DNA of 64,000 bases, taken from assembly GCF_044704955.1 (NCBI RefSeq), contig NC_091982.1, forward strand, positions 175,274,001-175,338,000, in the 5' to 3' direction. Under the pieces are notes generated by a model, which saw nothing but the letters and a program-made list of their open reading frames with translations, searched no databases and was not told the DNA's origin. The stretch is from Pristiophorus japonicus. Its lineage: Eukaryota. The position numbers were made by a program, and so were the translations under genes. Below, piece after piece: positions 1 to 13,954 of this stretch. Position 1 is the stretch's first letter. Each line of letters opens with the position of its first letter.

Positions 1-239
1 ACTCCCCAACCTCCCACCCTTCCTTTCAACAACTACCTGCCTCACCTGTTAGAGATTGTAATTCCCGCATTGGACTGTACAGTTACCTGAGAACTCACTT
101 CTGATTTATAGTTGCAGTAAATAAAACGTATTACATCATTAGTAATTTCATGCATTAATTTTCCTTTCAAATAGAAAAGGGAAGGAGGACTAGAGTATCA
201 ATAATACGCAATAAAATCAGAGACAGTGGAGTGGTCAAG

Positions 240-606
240 AAAAATGGTGGTCAGGTACACGTCAGCATACCTGTGGAATCTGATGATGTGTTATCAGATG
301 ATGGCGTTGAGGGACAGCATGGAGATGAGAACCAAGAGGACACCAGGGAGAGATCCTTAGGTGATTCCAGAGCTAAGGGTGCTGGAGCGGGATGATAAGC
401 CATTGCAAGAGATTCTCTGCTTACGACTGGATAGATAGGACTAGAACTAGGCAATGGCAGTACCACCCAAATGGACAATGGAAGAGAGGTGTTGGAGGAG
501 GATGATGTGGTCAACAATATCAAAAGGCTGCAGACAGGTTGAGAAGAATGAGGAGGAATAATTTACATCAGTCACATTCAATGTGACATTGATTAGGGCT
601 GTTTTG
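240..606 (-). mobile_element. Decayed LINE (L2-like) fragment
   Basis: Purine-rich antisense LINE-like text (GGATGATGTGGTCAACAATATCAAAAGGCTGCAGACAGGTTGAGAAGAATGAGG...ATTAGGGCTGTTT) typical of antisense L2 RT region; no intact ORF. Confidence 0.45.
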
Positions 607-2554
607 TAATCTTTTAAGAATCAATTGCTTTTTTGCAGTTATTGACAACAGGTCCTCCTTTCGTGCACTTACATTCTCATTTCCACGGATCTAAAAGCTA
701 ATCCAATGTCTCTGTAGTAATGATTTGCCAATGGAAACAAATATTCAATCAACCCCTTCATGATTTTGAAAACCTTTTTGATCCCCCTTAACTTTCTCTC
801 TCCCAGTGAAAAGAAGCCCTAAATTTTCCAAGTCTGTTTACAAAACTGTAACCACTCATTCCTCCCATCAAATTAGTGAATCTGCTCTGTCCCCTTTCCA
901 TGGTTCTAATACCTTCCCTTTAAAGGGCTGTCCAGAACTGGATCCAATTTTCCAGCTGTGATCCAACCAATATCTTGCACAAATTCAGCATCACTACCAC
1001 CTTTTATATTCAATGCCCCATATGTAAAGCCTGAACCACATTTGCCTTCGGTAGACTGGAGCAAGACAAAGGCTCAGGATGGATGAAGAATGCTTACAAA
1101 CTAAGCAATATAAATTCAGCATCCTGCCCAAATATTTAATTGTGTGTTATTGACACTCTAGTCCTCCTTCCCTTTTCTATTTGAAAGGAAAATGAATGCA
1201 TGGAATTACTAATGATGTACAGGGTAATACGTTTTATTTACTGCAATTATATATACTTTCCCCAGTAACAATGTTCAAGTCTTGGAGTCAAACTTAAACA
1301 GTACCTTATGATTAGTATTTACACAGCTGTAACAGCAGACTATTTCATAAAATCCAGTTTCACCCAAATGAGTTTCCTCTTCTCAATATCAGCCGATTCT
1401 GTTAAGATTGCTACACATTTTTCTCATTTGTCCAAGTAACCCATTGTACTTAGAATATTTGCATATTTTACCAACAATTTACTTGGTAATTCCTAAATTC
1501 TTACTTTTCTTCATTGTATGCTTTGTTAAACAGAATATTATCTCGAACAGTGGCACTTCGAATCCATGCTTGTTGGGCCACATAAGCAAAATCTCCATCA
1601 ACTGCAATACTTCCTTCCATCAGGGTCATCTGGAATAAGCAATGAAAATTCAGGTTTTCTTTGGGCTAGGGGGAGAGGTGTGGGGGAAGAAAGCAGGTGA
1701 AGGACTCTTACTTCTAACTCACACAACCCTTTCCATTCATTTTTCTCTCCTCCAGATTTCTTTTCCCATCCCAGTTACCACATCCCCTGCTCTCGAGAAC
1801 AGAGGAAGTTCTGCTTCATTGTTTTCATCTATGCCATTCATACCAGCTAAAGGAAGTACAACTACCTGGCACTTCACCACACTGTTCCAAAGCATTCTTG
1901 CAATTGCCTAATTCAAGAATTTAAAGTGGAGCATCATGAACATTATGTGCATTAACAACCCCATGCACTTCCAGCAGAGGTTTGCTGGATAGCAATCAAG
2001 AGTGGGAACCCTAACTGGAGCTCCTATACCATCACCCCAGTTGAGATCAGCTAACTCAGTAGGACTGGAGATCAAACTATAGGATGTTCCTGAGCCCTAC
2101 AACTATTCATTGACATTATCGTCTGAACTGTCAGGTGGGCCTAAAATTAGCTTCTTATTGGAAGTTAGTCTGCAAGCAAGATCACTACATTGCTGAGGGA
2201 ACATATTTGTTGCAGTGGTTGGAAAGATTATTAGATTTTTTACTACAAAGATATTTAACAAACAACCTTGAAGAAGGGACCAAGTGAGTGAAACAAGATT
2301 TTGCTGATTTTAAAATGGAACGAGAGAGAAAAAAAAGAGCTCCTTCACCTTCCTCACTGAAAGAAAAGTGAAGCAGTGCTGTTCATATTTATTTAATCCA
2401 GAATACCATTTCTTAACAATGATCCATTACCCTTTTAAAAGTTATCAATTGATTCAAGAGTCTCAGCGATTGTTCCACACATATACTTATGGTTTGGAGC
2501 AAACGCTTTTTTCAAATCTCCAATTATGCTCAAAGTGTGTAAACTTTGTATTTA

Positions 2555-2998
2555 GAATCAGTATGCACAGGAGGCTTCCATTCAACCCATCATGCCTGTG
2601 CCGGCTGTTTGAAAGAGCTATTCAGTTAGTCCCACTCCTCTGTTCTTTCCCCATAGCCTTGCAATTTTTTTTCCTTTTCCAAGTATCTATCCAATTCTCT
2701 TTTGAAAGTTGCTACTGAATCTGCTTTCAACAGCAGTCAATCCTGTAATTCTATCCTATTGTCCAAATTAAATTGCTTGTTTATGATTTATGCTCATTTA
2801 TCTTTCATGATTTTTAAAATGTCTTCCCTTCGTCTTTCCAGAAAAAACAATTTTAAACAGTTCAACTTTCTTGATTACTTAGCTGGCATAATCCTGTTCA
2901 CTCTTTTTTGAACTATTTCTAATGCACCAATATCCTTTTTGAAGTAGATCAAAAACTGCAAACCATATTCAAGATTTGGCCTCACTATTGTTCTGTAT
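2555..2998 (-). mobile_element. Decayed CR1 LINE 3' fragments
   Basis: Antisense CR1 3' UTR (GGAGGCTTCCATTCAACCCATCATGCCTGTGCCGGCT). The minus-strand ORF reads VRPNLEYGLQF...KKDIGALEIVQKRVNRIMP, the CR1 RT C-terminal motif. Confidence 0.65.
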
Positions 2999-3000
2999 GT

Positions 3001-3440
3001 CAGCTGTGGCTCAGTGGATAGCACTCTCGCCTTTGAGTCAGAAGGTTGTGGGTTCAAGTTGCACTCCAGGGACTTGAGCAAAAAATCCAGGTTGACACTC
3101 CATTGCAGCGTTGAGGGAGCGCTGCACCATCTTTCGGATGAGACTTTAAACCGAGGCCCCATCTGCCCTCTCAAGTGGACATAAAAAATCCCATGGCACT
3201 ATTTCGAAGTGTTATCTCCAGTTTCCTCGCCAATATTTATCCCTCAATCAACATAACAAAAAAAGATTATCTGGTCATTATCACATTGCTGTTTGTGGGA
3301 GCCTGCTTGTGTGCAAAATTGGCTGCCGAGTTTCTCACATTACAACAGCGACTACATTCCAAAAGTACTTCATTGGCTGTAAAGCACTTTGAGATGTCCG
3401 GCGATCGTGAAAGGCACTATATAAATGCACATCTTTCTTT
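3001..3440 (+). mobile_element. Near full-length tRNA-derived Deu-domain SINE (SacSINE1-like)
   Basis: Pol III A box TGGCTCAGTGG and B box GGTTCAAGT. Central GATGAGAC...AAACCGAGGCCCCATCTGCCC...GGACATAAAAAATCCCATGGCACTATTTCGAAG characteristic of DeuSINEs. LINE-like tail ending TATAAATGCAC..TCTTTCTTT. Confidence 0.85.
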
Positions 3441-3637
3441 GTATAAGGCAAGGTTAACTTGTTCTAGCATAACCCAATGACCTCCAGATCCATCCTAGTA
3501 CTTAACATTTTCTTTTAAGAGATTATCTACAATTTTGTAAGTTTAGTCCACAAACAGTTTTATAAATGCACCTCAACGTGACTACTGGATATACTGCAAA
3601 TATTTTATAGATATATCTTAAAAGTTTTGATAATCAC

Positions 3638-3709
3638 CTGTCCCAAAACAGCAGAAATCAAGGACGTTTTTCCAGTTCCCACACTGCCACAGATTCCGAC
3701 AAGCTTTTC
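3638..3709 (-). CDS. ABCC5: ABCC5 exon 12 (NBD1 Walker A)
   Basis: EKLVGICGSVGTGKTSLISAVLGQ with P-loop GSVGTGKT. TGATAG| acceptor, CAG|GTGATT donor; 72 nt. The next exon was not found within 1-3637. Confidence 0.96.
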
Positions 3710-3982
3710 CTATCAGAAATTATATTGATCAATTCTTAGTACTTTAGCTATAGGTATTGTTGACTGCAGACGTTGGTTTGAAAAACTAATTTTCTTTAAC
3801 ATGAAATTAGAATTTCCAGTATCCAAAGAACTTCTCACTAATTACAATGAATTAATTAGACTGCAATACCTTGCAATTTATATAACTAAATTAAATATTT
3901 TAAAATAAAATTTACTTCAAATATCCATTATTAATTCTCATTTCCTGTGATAACTAAACCACCTCTGGATTTTTTTTCTTAC

Positions 3983-4330
3983 CTTCTCTATGCAGAGGTT
4001 GATATTGTACAGAGTCCTCTGTAATCTGGGATTTGTCGAAGAAATCCTCTTATTCTCATCTGGACTGGTCTGTTCATCACTGTCTATTAGAAGATGTCCA
4101 TTCTGCTCAGTTAGCAGACCATTTTGCACATTCTGCTGTATTTTCTTTTTCTCTTTCTTCACTTTGGATTCTTGTTGGTCTTTTTTCAGCTTGGGGGTCA
4201 TCTTGGGTGAAGACTGAGCACTGGAGTTTGGGCAGTCCCAAGCCAGAGTAGCGTTTTTCAGCTCTATGGCGGTTTGAGAACTTTCTGGCTTTTTTCTTAT
4301 GATGTGAAACTCTTCCATTAGAAATAAACT
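3983..4330 (-). CDS. ABCC5: ABCC5 exon 11 (start of NBD1 with the ABCC5-type charged insertion)
   Basis: SLFLMEEFHIIRKKPESSQTAIELKNATLAWD...SPKMTPKLKKD...GHLLIDSDEQTSP...RLQRTLYNINLCIEK. GTTCAG| acceptor, AAG|GTAAGA donor; 348 nt. Confidence 0.96.
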
Positions 4331-4847
4331 CTGAACAGGTTGAAGAGGTGTAAAGTTATGACATCTGGTCAATGGAGGATAAGCCAATGGCACAGGCAGC
4401 AATATACAGCAGCAGGCTAAAGGAGGAGCTGCTGAAGAGCAAATATAGCTCATTAGTAGCAACTAACTCCAGGGTCAATTACAGTCTGGCAAGACACGCG
4501 CAGATGGAACATAATTAAAATTAATAGGATCACATTGATTTACTTTTTCATAATATCACTGGAGTATCTGGCACTTAAAATGCATTAGGAGCTCTGCTCA
4601 TATATGTAAACAAAAAAAATATATTTTTTTTTTTAAAGTGAATGGTTAGCAAATATATTGATTTCTAAAATGTGTGTGTGAATGTCCTCAAGGTTCAGGA
4701 TCTCAGTGCTGTGTAATGGAACAATTTAACTTAATACCCAGCATCAACTCCGAGCACTCTGTCAGATACAGAGCAAAACTATCTGCTCTGCCCAAGAATA
4801 TGGCTCAATAGCAACTGAAAAACAGCTCCTACCCCACTATTGTGATA

Positions 4848-5232
4848 CAAGTCCAGAACCCTCGGGACAGAGGCTTTCCGTATTTCGGGATATTCCGGAC
4901 TTTCGATTTGCTTTCTGACGTCACGAATCCGAGAACATCTGAGCCTAGGTTCGGGTATTTCCGGATTTCGAAACGTCAGAAAGGAGGGGGTGGGGATTCC
5001 CGCCGAGGAGCTGTTCAGGCTGTCCGGCCCCGCCGAAGATGTTGCCGGGCGGGCCGACCCCGCTGAGGTGGTCGTCATCGGGCTGGCCGACCTTGCCGAG
5101 GTGGCCCTGAGGTAAGGGCAGCAGCATGGCCCCAAGGTCTGCAGAGTCGTCAGGTCCAGATTCCAGAACATTTTCGTATTCCAGACGACCCTGCCACCGA
5201 TCATCCCAGAGTCAGGAACATTCCTGCACCTG
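4848..5232. mobile_element. Non-autonomous Tc1/mariner (pogo/Tigger-type) MITE
   Basis: TA flanks (4846-47, 5233-34), degenerate CAG..-type termini, internal TCCGGA/TTCGG repeats and a GC-rich core shared with the 14502-14831 element. Confidence 0.65.
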
Positions 5233-7617
5233 TACATATATTTCCATTCAACATTTTCAGTGCATACATTATCAGGCCACTGGTTTACAGGTGACTGAAT
5301 CAATCAAATTCCTTTTTTTTTTTTGCACGGTAGTACAGGATTTCACTGTTCTGGACATAGAATTTAGCAGTGGCCAAGACAATTATATCGGCAGTAAACT
5401 ATCAAGAGCCGTATTCTTATTCAGTCCCCCATAAGTAAACCCGAAGTGAGAAAAACAATTATTTCCACTCTTGTTCAGGTGAGATGATTAGGAACTTCAT
5501 TCCTGTTACTGGTTTGTAGATATCAAATGTCATACACAAGCAGAAATGTAAGAAAGGACATTTTTCTTATCAAGTATAAAACCAATTTAGCAGTGGTAAA
5601 GTAGTGAGCTGTAGTACAGGTATAATTCTTCAGCCTTCACTTTCGTGCTCCAGCTGTACTAAAACAAAATACCTCAACCAAAGGCACTGACTCAGCTTTG
5701 AGCTAATAACCCATTTTGCAATATTTAAGTACTGCCAAATCACCCAATTGAAACAATTATGTGCTACTGCAATCTGGAATGGTATTAAGGTTCTGGAATT
5801 TGCTTGCATTAAGCTTTTAACATGAATATTGAACAGTACTTTCAGTTTATCCTTTACATAATTCTTACCCCTTCTCAACCTGACAACTAATGCTGGAGTA
5901 GTTACACTGGCAGCAGCAGCTCACATTATATAATTAAAAATAAAACAGAAGTTAAAACCAAAGTTAGAAGTTTTGTAAAATGTTTATATTTTGTTTTAGT
6001 TATTACTAGGTGTTATTATGGTCAAAATTAAAATTGAGCCTAATAAAATAAAATTATGTTTTTGGATTGTAAGGAGATAAATAAAAGATGCACTGTCCTA
6101 CACAAGTCACTATAATGACTGGGACCAGTTTGGGTACCTTGAATGTGTCTGCAAAAAAACGTATTGTATCATTATATATACCAGCCATAAAGGCTGGTAT
6201 GTATAATGATACATTAAGTGTGTACATCATACAGTGTTAGTAATACAATCCAAGTCAACATATGACCAAAATCCATTAGGCTGCTTTCTCATGCTTAAAG
6301 CTTAATTATTTAAACAACAATGTCTATTCTGCGCAAAATTAGCATTCATTTTTCAGGATGAGAACACAAAGTCATTTAATACAACCACAGGATGTAGCCG
6401 GGACTACCTGACTGACCAGCTTCAGAACACAGAAGTATTCAAGATCACGTAATGAACAAAAGTGATTTCAATTGCTTTCTTGGATAGAAGGGTTTGTGGT
6501 CTCGGCTTCTTCACAGGTTACTTATTCTACTCTAGAAACAGGACAAATGTTTTGCTAACACAGAAAATTGACATCTGGAAAGTTTATGCAGTTTGGAGCA
6601 CTTGCAATGCACCCAATGGTAGATTTCAACAAACACTAAAAAAAAACAGTACTATAGGACAAAACATGGGTTAATTGAACTGAGACACTTTTGACCTCCT
6701 ACTTTAAGAGCCATTCATTTCCTTCCCTAACTTTTCAATGGGAAGAAAAATAATAAAGCAGTGTTTGAATATCACTGGAACACTCAATCCTGCTTCTCAA
6801 CAGATAAGTTCTTTTTCAAAAGAAATATATTTTTTTAATTGTCGGAATTGATTCCAGAGTTATTTCAAGTTTAGATTAATAGGTGTTTAAGATTGTGTGA
6901 TTGTGCCAAACATTGCACAGAACCACAAATTGTAAGGTCCAATTAGTATTCGATTACTGCAGTACTCTTACAGAAATTGGATGCAGCATGTTAGACCATC
7001 CAATAGTCCATCACACTTCAAAATTACCTGGATCTCACAGGAAAAACTTTGAACATATTTCTGATCCAGAAACAATTGGTGCTAAAAATAAAGTATGTTG
7101 CCACAATATCTGCTTGACAAATGCTGTAGTGCACCGAATGTTTCAAATTTATCCTCAACATTGGAAAATAATTCTAATTTACAAATTCAGAGCAAAAACC
7201 AGATAATGCAATTAATATTGTAAAAAGTTACTTGTGATGCACTTAAACAGATTCCTCTCCTCCCTCCATAAATGATAAACTAGCAGGCACCAAACTTCAG
7301 ATCAGTTGAACTTTAAATTCTTGAATAGGGTACTCAAAACAATTATTTTATTAACTTTTCAAAATAGCAAGATTATCATGACTATTAATAAAATGCAAGA
7401 CATCGATGTGCACCGGATCAACATCAATTTAATGCAGGTTAGCAGAAAATTATTGCAAAACAGCAGACAACTGGTACTGGTGTGCCAGGTTTCCTTTTCT
7501 TGATTGTAGTTATTGAGGGTACTTAAATAGGCGAGACAAATTTAACCCATTTGAGAGAAAGTGACTAAGTTCTTAAAAATAAGCATTCAATAGGTGTAGC
7601 TTAACTGAAAAGATTAT

Positions 7618-8191
7618 GGGCTGAAAATTGCGCAACCTTGTGGAATTTTGGTGGTATTTTGCCGTTTTTGGCGGAAAACGGTCCGGCGGGAAATTCCCTG
7701 AAGTCTTGCGCCGGCGGTTTTGAAATACCGCTGGGGAGCGGACCACCGGAGTGCAAGACTGGAAAAAGCGATTTCGCCCGCTATTTGGCTCAACGACGAC
7801 CCGTAGATAGGATTTTAAAAAACACCGGGGAGAAACCTGAATTGGAATGGCCGTAATGAAGATCTGTAAAAAAGTAAGTTAAAGTTTTTATTTTTAAATT
7901 CTTTTGCAGCAATTCGCTAGAAAAGGGTCATGTGAAAGTTTTGTGATATTTTATTTTTTGGAAAAAATGTGTGTGTTTTCCCCCCTCCGTAGGCCCAACT
8001 CTTAGCGGTATCGGCCTCTGAGAAAAGTTGCAGTAAATTTGCGGTTTGCACCGCTAATCTTCGTGCAACGCCAATTTTTACCGCTGGGCGCATTTTTTCT
8101 CGAATGTTAGGCCTCAAAATCATAGCGGAGTCATGATGATATTTTTGGTCGAAAAAAACCGCTATGACCAAAAAAAACGCATTTCTAGCCC
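7618..8191. mobile_element. PIF/Harbinger-type MITE
   Basis: TIRs GGGCTGAAAATTGCG / CGCATTTCTAGCCC and a 3-bp TSD TAT on both sides; CpG-rich arms. Confidence 0.8.
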
Positions 8192-9048
8192 TATCTGTTT
8201 ATACATCGATTTAGGGTACTAACTGAATAACAAAATACTTCAAGCAATCAGAAAACAAATTAGACACATTGCGCTATGAAGCTATCATCTAGGTGTCTCA
8301 ACAGACCCAAGAGGTTTGTGTAGCAACATGAAACCCATCCCGTTGACCAGAGGAGAAACACAAGTTTTCTAAAAATGGATACAAATACAACAGGATATGG
8401 AACAGGGTTTTCCTTTTTTACAGTGACACATTAAAACATGAAGCTGTAATTTTAGTAGTGATATTTTTAACTGAATAAATGTGTCTGCTTCTCAGAAGAG
8501 TGAATTCTAGTCAAAATTCTCCAGTTGAAATGTCTTGGAAACAAAATAGTAAGCCTTTGAAATAGATGTATTTCAACCTTCAGCACTCCATCTCCTACCA
8601 GAAGAGAACATTGCTTTCATATTCAACTCTAATCCAGGAACATCTTGGATATCATTAAAGCTATTCATCAACGGTGCCATTTTAAGTGAGAGTCGCTCAC
8701 TATTTACAGTAATGACCCATAGTACATGCAAGGTTCAATTCTGAAAGTGTACAAATCCAAATCTTAATGTTGAATAAACAGAGGGTAATTGTTTACTAAA
8801 ACATTGCCCTGTTGAGTGTTGTAATATTTATATTCTAAATTGATTCTGTCTTATTGGCAGTCACTTCAACCAACTCTTATTGATTTTAGCTTTCACATTT
8901 AAATAATTAAGTAATTATTGATGTACAATTCCATTGGGCCAGTTATTCGAAGACCAAAATTCAGATAATATAAAGGGTACTTTAAAGACAACACTTGCAA
9001 TTAAATGATTTCAAAATGCAAACTTTCTTTTTTTTTTAAATACCTTAC

Positions 9049-9156
9049 CTTGAATCTATCCACAGCTACAGATGCCTCAGATAGTGATTTCACAGAAAAT
9101 GGCGTGACTTTAAGAGAAAATGTCATAGCATTGAAAACTGTCACCACGGTAAAAGC
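9049..9156 (-). CDS. ABCC5: ABCC5 exon 10 (end of TMD1)
   Basis: AFTVVTVFNAMTFSLKVTPFSVKSLSEASVAVDRFK. TTCCAG| acceptor, AAG|GTAAGG donor; 108 nt. Confidence 0.97.
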
Positions 9157-9779
9157 CTGGAAAAATAACACAAGATACCAAAAGACAAACTTTCAACTAC
9201 ATACATTAGATTTAGACACTTAAATACCTAAACCAAAAATACAGAAACAGAACTACCTTTATCTTAACTGAAATTAAACCCTACCATCCATGGACATTTT
9301 CTAGTGCAACAAAATCAGAAGTCTCAAGTCAGTGAGCATGTAACATGCAGATGTTTGCATGATTTGTTGGAAGCATGGAATGCAGCTATTAAGTCTGAAT
9401 TCCTGAAAATATAACACCTTTATAAAACTCAGTAGAAATAACTATCATAATCAACAGTACTCCACTGGATCAATTCTCTGGTACCAGTGTAATGCATTAG
9501 TAATGAGCTGTCTGGAGCCAATTGTGTGACACTATTGTTTAAGAAAATATGTCAGAAATTACCTGAATATAGAACCAATGAGACCATTAAAAAATTCTAT
9601 GTTTATAGGTCCGGTATAAATACAAGTTTTACTGTTATTAGCTTCTGCATTTCAAATCTTTTTTATGCTGACCAACACGTCACCACATATGACTGGTTTT
9701 AATCTGAGATCAAGCTCTGCACCAGGACTTGATGGTATAATCTGAATTGATGCACCACAGCAGTTAACCAGACAGTGCT

Positions 9780-10030
9780 ATGATGCCAGGCATGCTGTCC
9801 TTCAGATGAGATGCTAATCCGAGATCCCATCTGTCTGATTTCATCCCATTATTTGAAAGCAGAAATCTGTTGTTTGGCCAACATTTCTCTCTCAACCAGT
9901 TTGACCAAATGAAGCATGATTAACTGATCATTCATTTCACTGCTGTTTGTGGGATATTCTTCAAACAAATGACTGCCACAGTTGCCTATATAACAAGTCA
10001 CTGTCATCTAAAAGTAAGTCACTGTGGGAA
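9780..10030 (+). mobile_element. Decayed Deu-domain SINE
   Basis: GCTGTCCTTCAGATGAGATGCTAATCCGAG...TTGCTGTTTGTGGGA-type similarity to the 3001-3440 SINE. Confidence 0.6.
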
Positions 10031-10686
10031 ATGGATTTCCAACTGTACTGCCTAATTAATAGACTTCAAAGTTCAGATGCTCATGTAGCAGCTGTCTATT
10101 TTTCACTTTCTGGCCAATTTTCTGGACAACCATTTCCCAAGTTTACAAATCCACTTCCCCACTTAACTGACCAACTCCCAAGTCCAAATAGTCACGTAAA
10201 ACATTACCCTGGAATAAAGAAATGTTTTCATTTACCTGGGATTTGAAAAAAAAAACTGTGTTTGAACTTTACTGGCCATCACTCTCCTTCAAAATTGTAT
10301 TGTGTCAATCCCAATCACACTAAAAAGGTGCAGTCCTTAGCCACACTGGGAGCTCTGGTATATGTGGTTCAGTGCTACTCACTGGTCAGCATGGATAACA
10401 CCAGGGAATGCAATGGCGAGATGGAATTGCCTCAACAAATTAAAATGGGGGAAAAGTTACTGAGTGGGTCATATTTAATTTTACGAACTCAAGCACAATG
10501 AGCATGACAGCTTTTCATTAACCACTACTCTGAGTAAAATGCAGGAAGTGCAGAACAGTTTCATCCACATTAATGAACATGAAGAATTGTCCTCCCAAGT
10601 TATACAACAGCAAGCAAGGTTTAATGGGATTAGTTGTAAAAGAGGTACCACAAATCTATTGCTCATTTCTGCAGCACCTTTCATAT

Positions 10687-12637
10687 GAACATAAGAAACA
10701 GGAGCAGGAGTAGGCCACTTGGCCCCACGAGCCTGCTCCGCCATTTAATAAGATCATGGCTGATCTGATCATGGACTCAGCTCCATTGCCCTGCCCACTC
10801 CCCATAACCCTTTACTCCCTTATTGCTCAAAAATCTGTCCCTCTCCACCTTAAATATATTCAATGACCCAGCCTCCACAGAGTTCTCTGGGGCAGGGAAT
10901 TACATAGATTTACAACCCTCTGCGAGAAGAAATTTCGCCTCATCTCAGTTTTAAATGGGCGTCCCGTTATTCTGAGGCTACGTCCCCTCGTTTTAGTTTC
11001 CCCTATGAGTGGAAATATCCGCTCTGCATCCACCATTATCTTATATGTTTCAATAAGATCACCTCTCATTCTTCTGAACTCCAATGTGTATAGGCCCAAC
11101 CTACTCAACCTATCTGCATAAGTCAACCCCCTCATCTCCGGAATCAACCTAGTGAACCTTCTCTGAACAGCCTCCAATGCCAGTATACCCTTCCTTAAAT
11201 ACGGAGACCAAAACTGTACGCAGTACTCCAGTTGTAGCAGGACTTCTCTGCTTTTATACTCCAACCACCTTGCAATAGAGGCCAACATTCAATTTGCCTT
11301 CCTGATTACTTGCTGTACCTGCATACTAACTTTTTGTGTTTCATGCACAAGGAACCCCAGGTCTCTCTGTACTACAGCACTTTGCAATTTTTCTCCATTT
11401 AAATAATAATTCGCTTTTCTATTATTTCTGCCAAGGTGGATAACCTCTCATTTTCCCAAATTATACTCCATCTGCCAAATTTTTGCCCACTCACTTAGCC
11501 TGTCGATATCCCTTTGCAGATTATTTGTGTCCTCCTCACAATTTGCTTTCCCATCCATCTTTGTATCAGCAGCAAACTTGGCTACATTGCACTCGGTTCC
11601 TTCATCCAAGTCATTAATATAGATAGTAAATAGTTGAGGACCCAGCATCGATCCCTGCGGCACCCCACTAGTCACTGTCTGCCAACCATAAAATGTCCCA
11701 TTTATCCCTACTCTCTGTTTTCTGTTAGTTAGCCAGCCAATCCTCTATCCATGCTAATAGATTACCCCCAACCCAGTGAACTTTTATCTTGTGCAGTAAT
11801 CTCTTATGTGGCACCTTATCGAATGCCTTCTGGAAATCTAAATACACCACATCCACTGGTTCCCCCTTATCCACCCTGTTTGTTACATCCTCAAAGAACT
11901 CCAGCAAATTTGTTAAACATGATTTCCCTTTCATAAAATCATGCTGACTCTGCTTGACTGAATCGTGCTTTTCCAAATGTCCTGCTACTGCTTCCTTAAA
12001 AATGGACTCCAGCATTTTCCCAATGACAGATGTTAGGCTAACTGGTCTATGGTTTCCTGCTTTTCGTCTGCCTCCATTTTTAAATAGGGGCGTTACATTT
12101 TCGGTTTTCCAATCCGCTGGGAACGCCCCAGAATCCAGGGAATTTTGGTAGATTACAGCCAATGCATCCACTATCTCTGCAGCCACTTCTTTTAAGACCC
12201 TAGGATGTAAGCAATCAGGTCCAGGGTACTTGTCCACCTTTAGTCCCATCATTTTACCAAGTACTACTTCATTAGTGATAGTGATTGTATTAAGTTTCTC
12301 CCTCCTATAGCCCCCTGATTATCCATTATTGGGATGTTTTTAGTGTCTTCTACCGAAGACCGATACAAAATATTTGTTCAACGTCTCTGCCATTTCCCTG
12401 TTCTTCATTATTAATTCCCCAGTCTCATCCTCTCGGGGACCAACATTTACTTGAGCCACTCTTTACCTTTTTATGTACCTGTAGAAACTCTTAGTATTTG
12501 TTTTTATATTTTGTGCTAGTTTACTTTCATAATCTATCTTCCCTCGCAATAATTTTTTTAGTCGTTCTTCGCTGGCTTAAAAAAATGTCAAAATCCTCTA
12601 GCCTCCCACTAATCTTGGCCATATTGTATGCCCTTGT
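10687..12637 (-). mobile_element. CR1 LINE, 5'-truncated and internally deleted (RT domain)
   Basis: Minus-strand ORFs: PGPDCLHPRVLKE...NHRPVSLTSVIGK...DVVYLDFQKAFDKVPHKRLL, SGVPQGSMLGPQLF...KFAADTK (degenerate FADD) and LEFRRMRGDLIETYKI. 3' tail (CTTATGTT)-type at ~10687. Confidence 0.93.
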
Positions 12638-12639
12638 CG

Positions 12640-12950
12640 TCATGTCCTGAGAACATCACAAAGTGTTTTACAACCAATGACCTACATATCAACTGCAGTT
12701 AATGTTATATTAACACAAAAGCTAGTTTGCACACAGCAAAGTCCCACAAACAGGAAAGGAATAAACGAGATAATCTGTTATTGTTGGTGTTGATTGAGGA
12801 AGGACACTTGGAGATCTCCCTGCTCTTGGAATAGTGCCATGGAATCTTAGATATCCTACCTGAAAGATGGCACTTTCAATTCAGTATCTGCCTAAATTAT
12901 GTGCTCAAGAACCCATGGCCTTCTGACTCAGATGAGGATGAGCCAACTGC
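12640..12950 (-). mobile_element. Decayed Deu-domain SINE, antisense
   Basis: Reverse complement of the 3001-3440 family (GCACACAGCAAAGTCCCACAAACAG, AATAGTGCCATGGAATC, CCTTCTGACTCAGA). Confidence 0.7.
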
Positions 12951-13242
12951 CATACACAGAAACATGATTTCATATATACAAAACTTACTAAACTTTGGGG
13001 GAAAATCTGCATAAATCAACATCTTCATTCTAGATTTTGATAATGAAAAATTTCAATTGCCTTCTTTTGAACTTTAGTCAGAACTAACTTTCAGTGTACG
13101 TTACCGTTTTTTAAGATCCACCCTTCAACTGAGGTCCACAAGGACAAATACAAAAGCAAAATACTGCAGATTGAATATGAAATAAAAAAAGAAAATGCTG
13201 GAAATACTCAGCAGGTCAGGCAGCAACTGTGTAGAGAAGCAG

Positions 13243-13280
13243 AGTTAACGTTTCAGGTCGATGGACCCTTTGTCAGAACT
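13243..13280 (-). ncRNA. Degenerate minimal hammerhead ribozyme motif (inverted Penelope copy)
   Basis: Minus strand AGTT-CTGACAA-AGGGTC-CATC-GACCT-GAAA-CG-TT-AACT. GAAACGUU is intact; G8 of CUGANGA is mutated. Confidence 0.65.
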
Positions 13281-13954
13281 GGAAAAAGTTAGAGATGTAA
13301 CAGATTTTTAAGCAAGTGCAGCAGCAAAGAAAGTGGGGAGGGGAGGAAAGAACAAAAGGGAAGGTCTGTGATAGGATGGAAGGCAGAGGAGATTAAAAGT
13401 CAAAAGGGATGATGGTGCAAGGCGAAAGGAGATGATAATGCGACAAGTTAAGAAACAAAAGATGAGTTGTAAATGGGAATGGCAGAATCATCATCCGATG
13501 CCATATGAAAACAAAAGCAGAGCTCACCCAATCTGCGTTTGCCTGCCTTTTTCTTGGGATGCGTGGAACAGTCTTTGTTCTAGTCCTACTCAGGTCCTCT
13601 CCCTCACATCTTTTCTCGGTACATTGATGACTGTATCGGTGATGTTTCTGCTCTCGCCCTGAACTAGAATATTTCATTCATTTACTTCCAATTTCCACCC
13701 TTCCCACACCTTCACATGGTACATCTCCGACTCTTTCCTTCCTCGACTTCTGTCTCTATTTCTGGGGATGGGATATGATATTGACAGTCACTATAAGCCC
13801 ACTGACTTTCACAGCTACCTGGACTACATTTTCTCCCAACCCGCTTCCTGTAAGGACTCTATTCCATTCTCCCAGTTTCTCCGTCTCATCTGTTCCGACA
13901 ATGCCACCTTTCCATACTAGTGCCTCCGATATGTCTTCCTTTTTCCTCAACTGA

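Noticed and set aside
3001-3075. tRNA gene
   Set aside because: tRNA-derived SINE head continuing into a SINE body; no complete cloverleaf.
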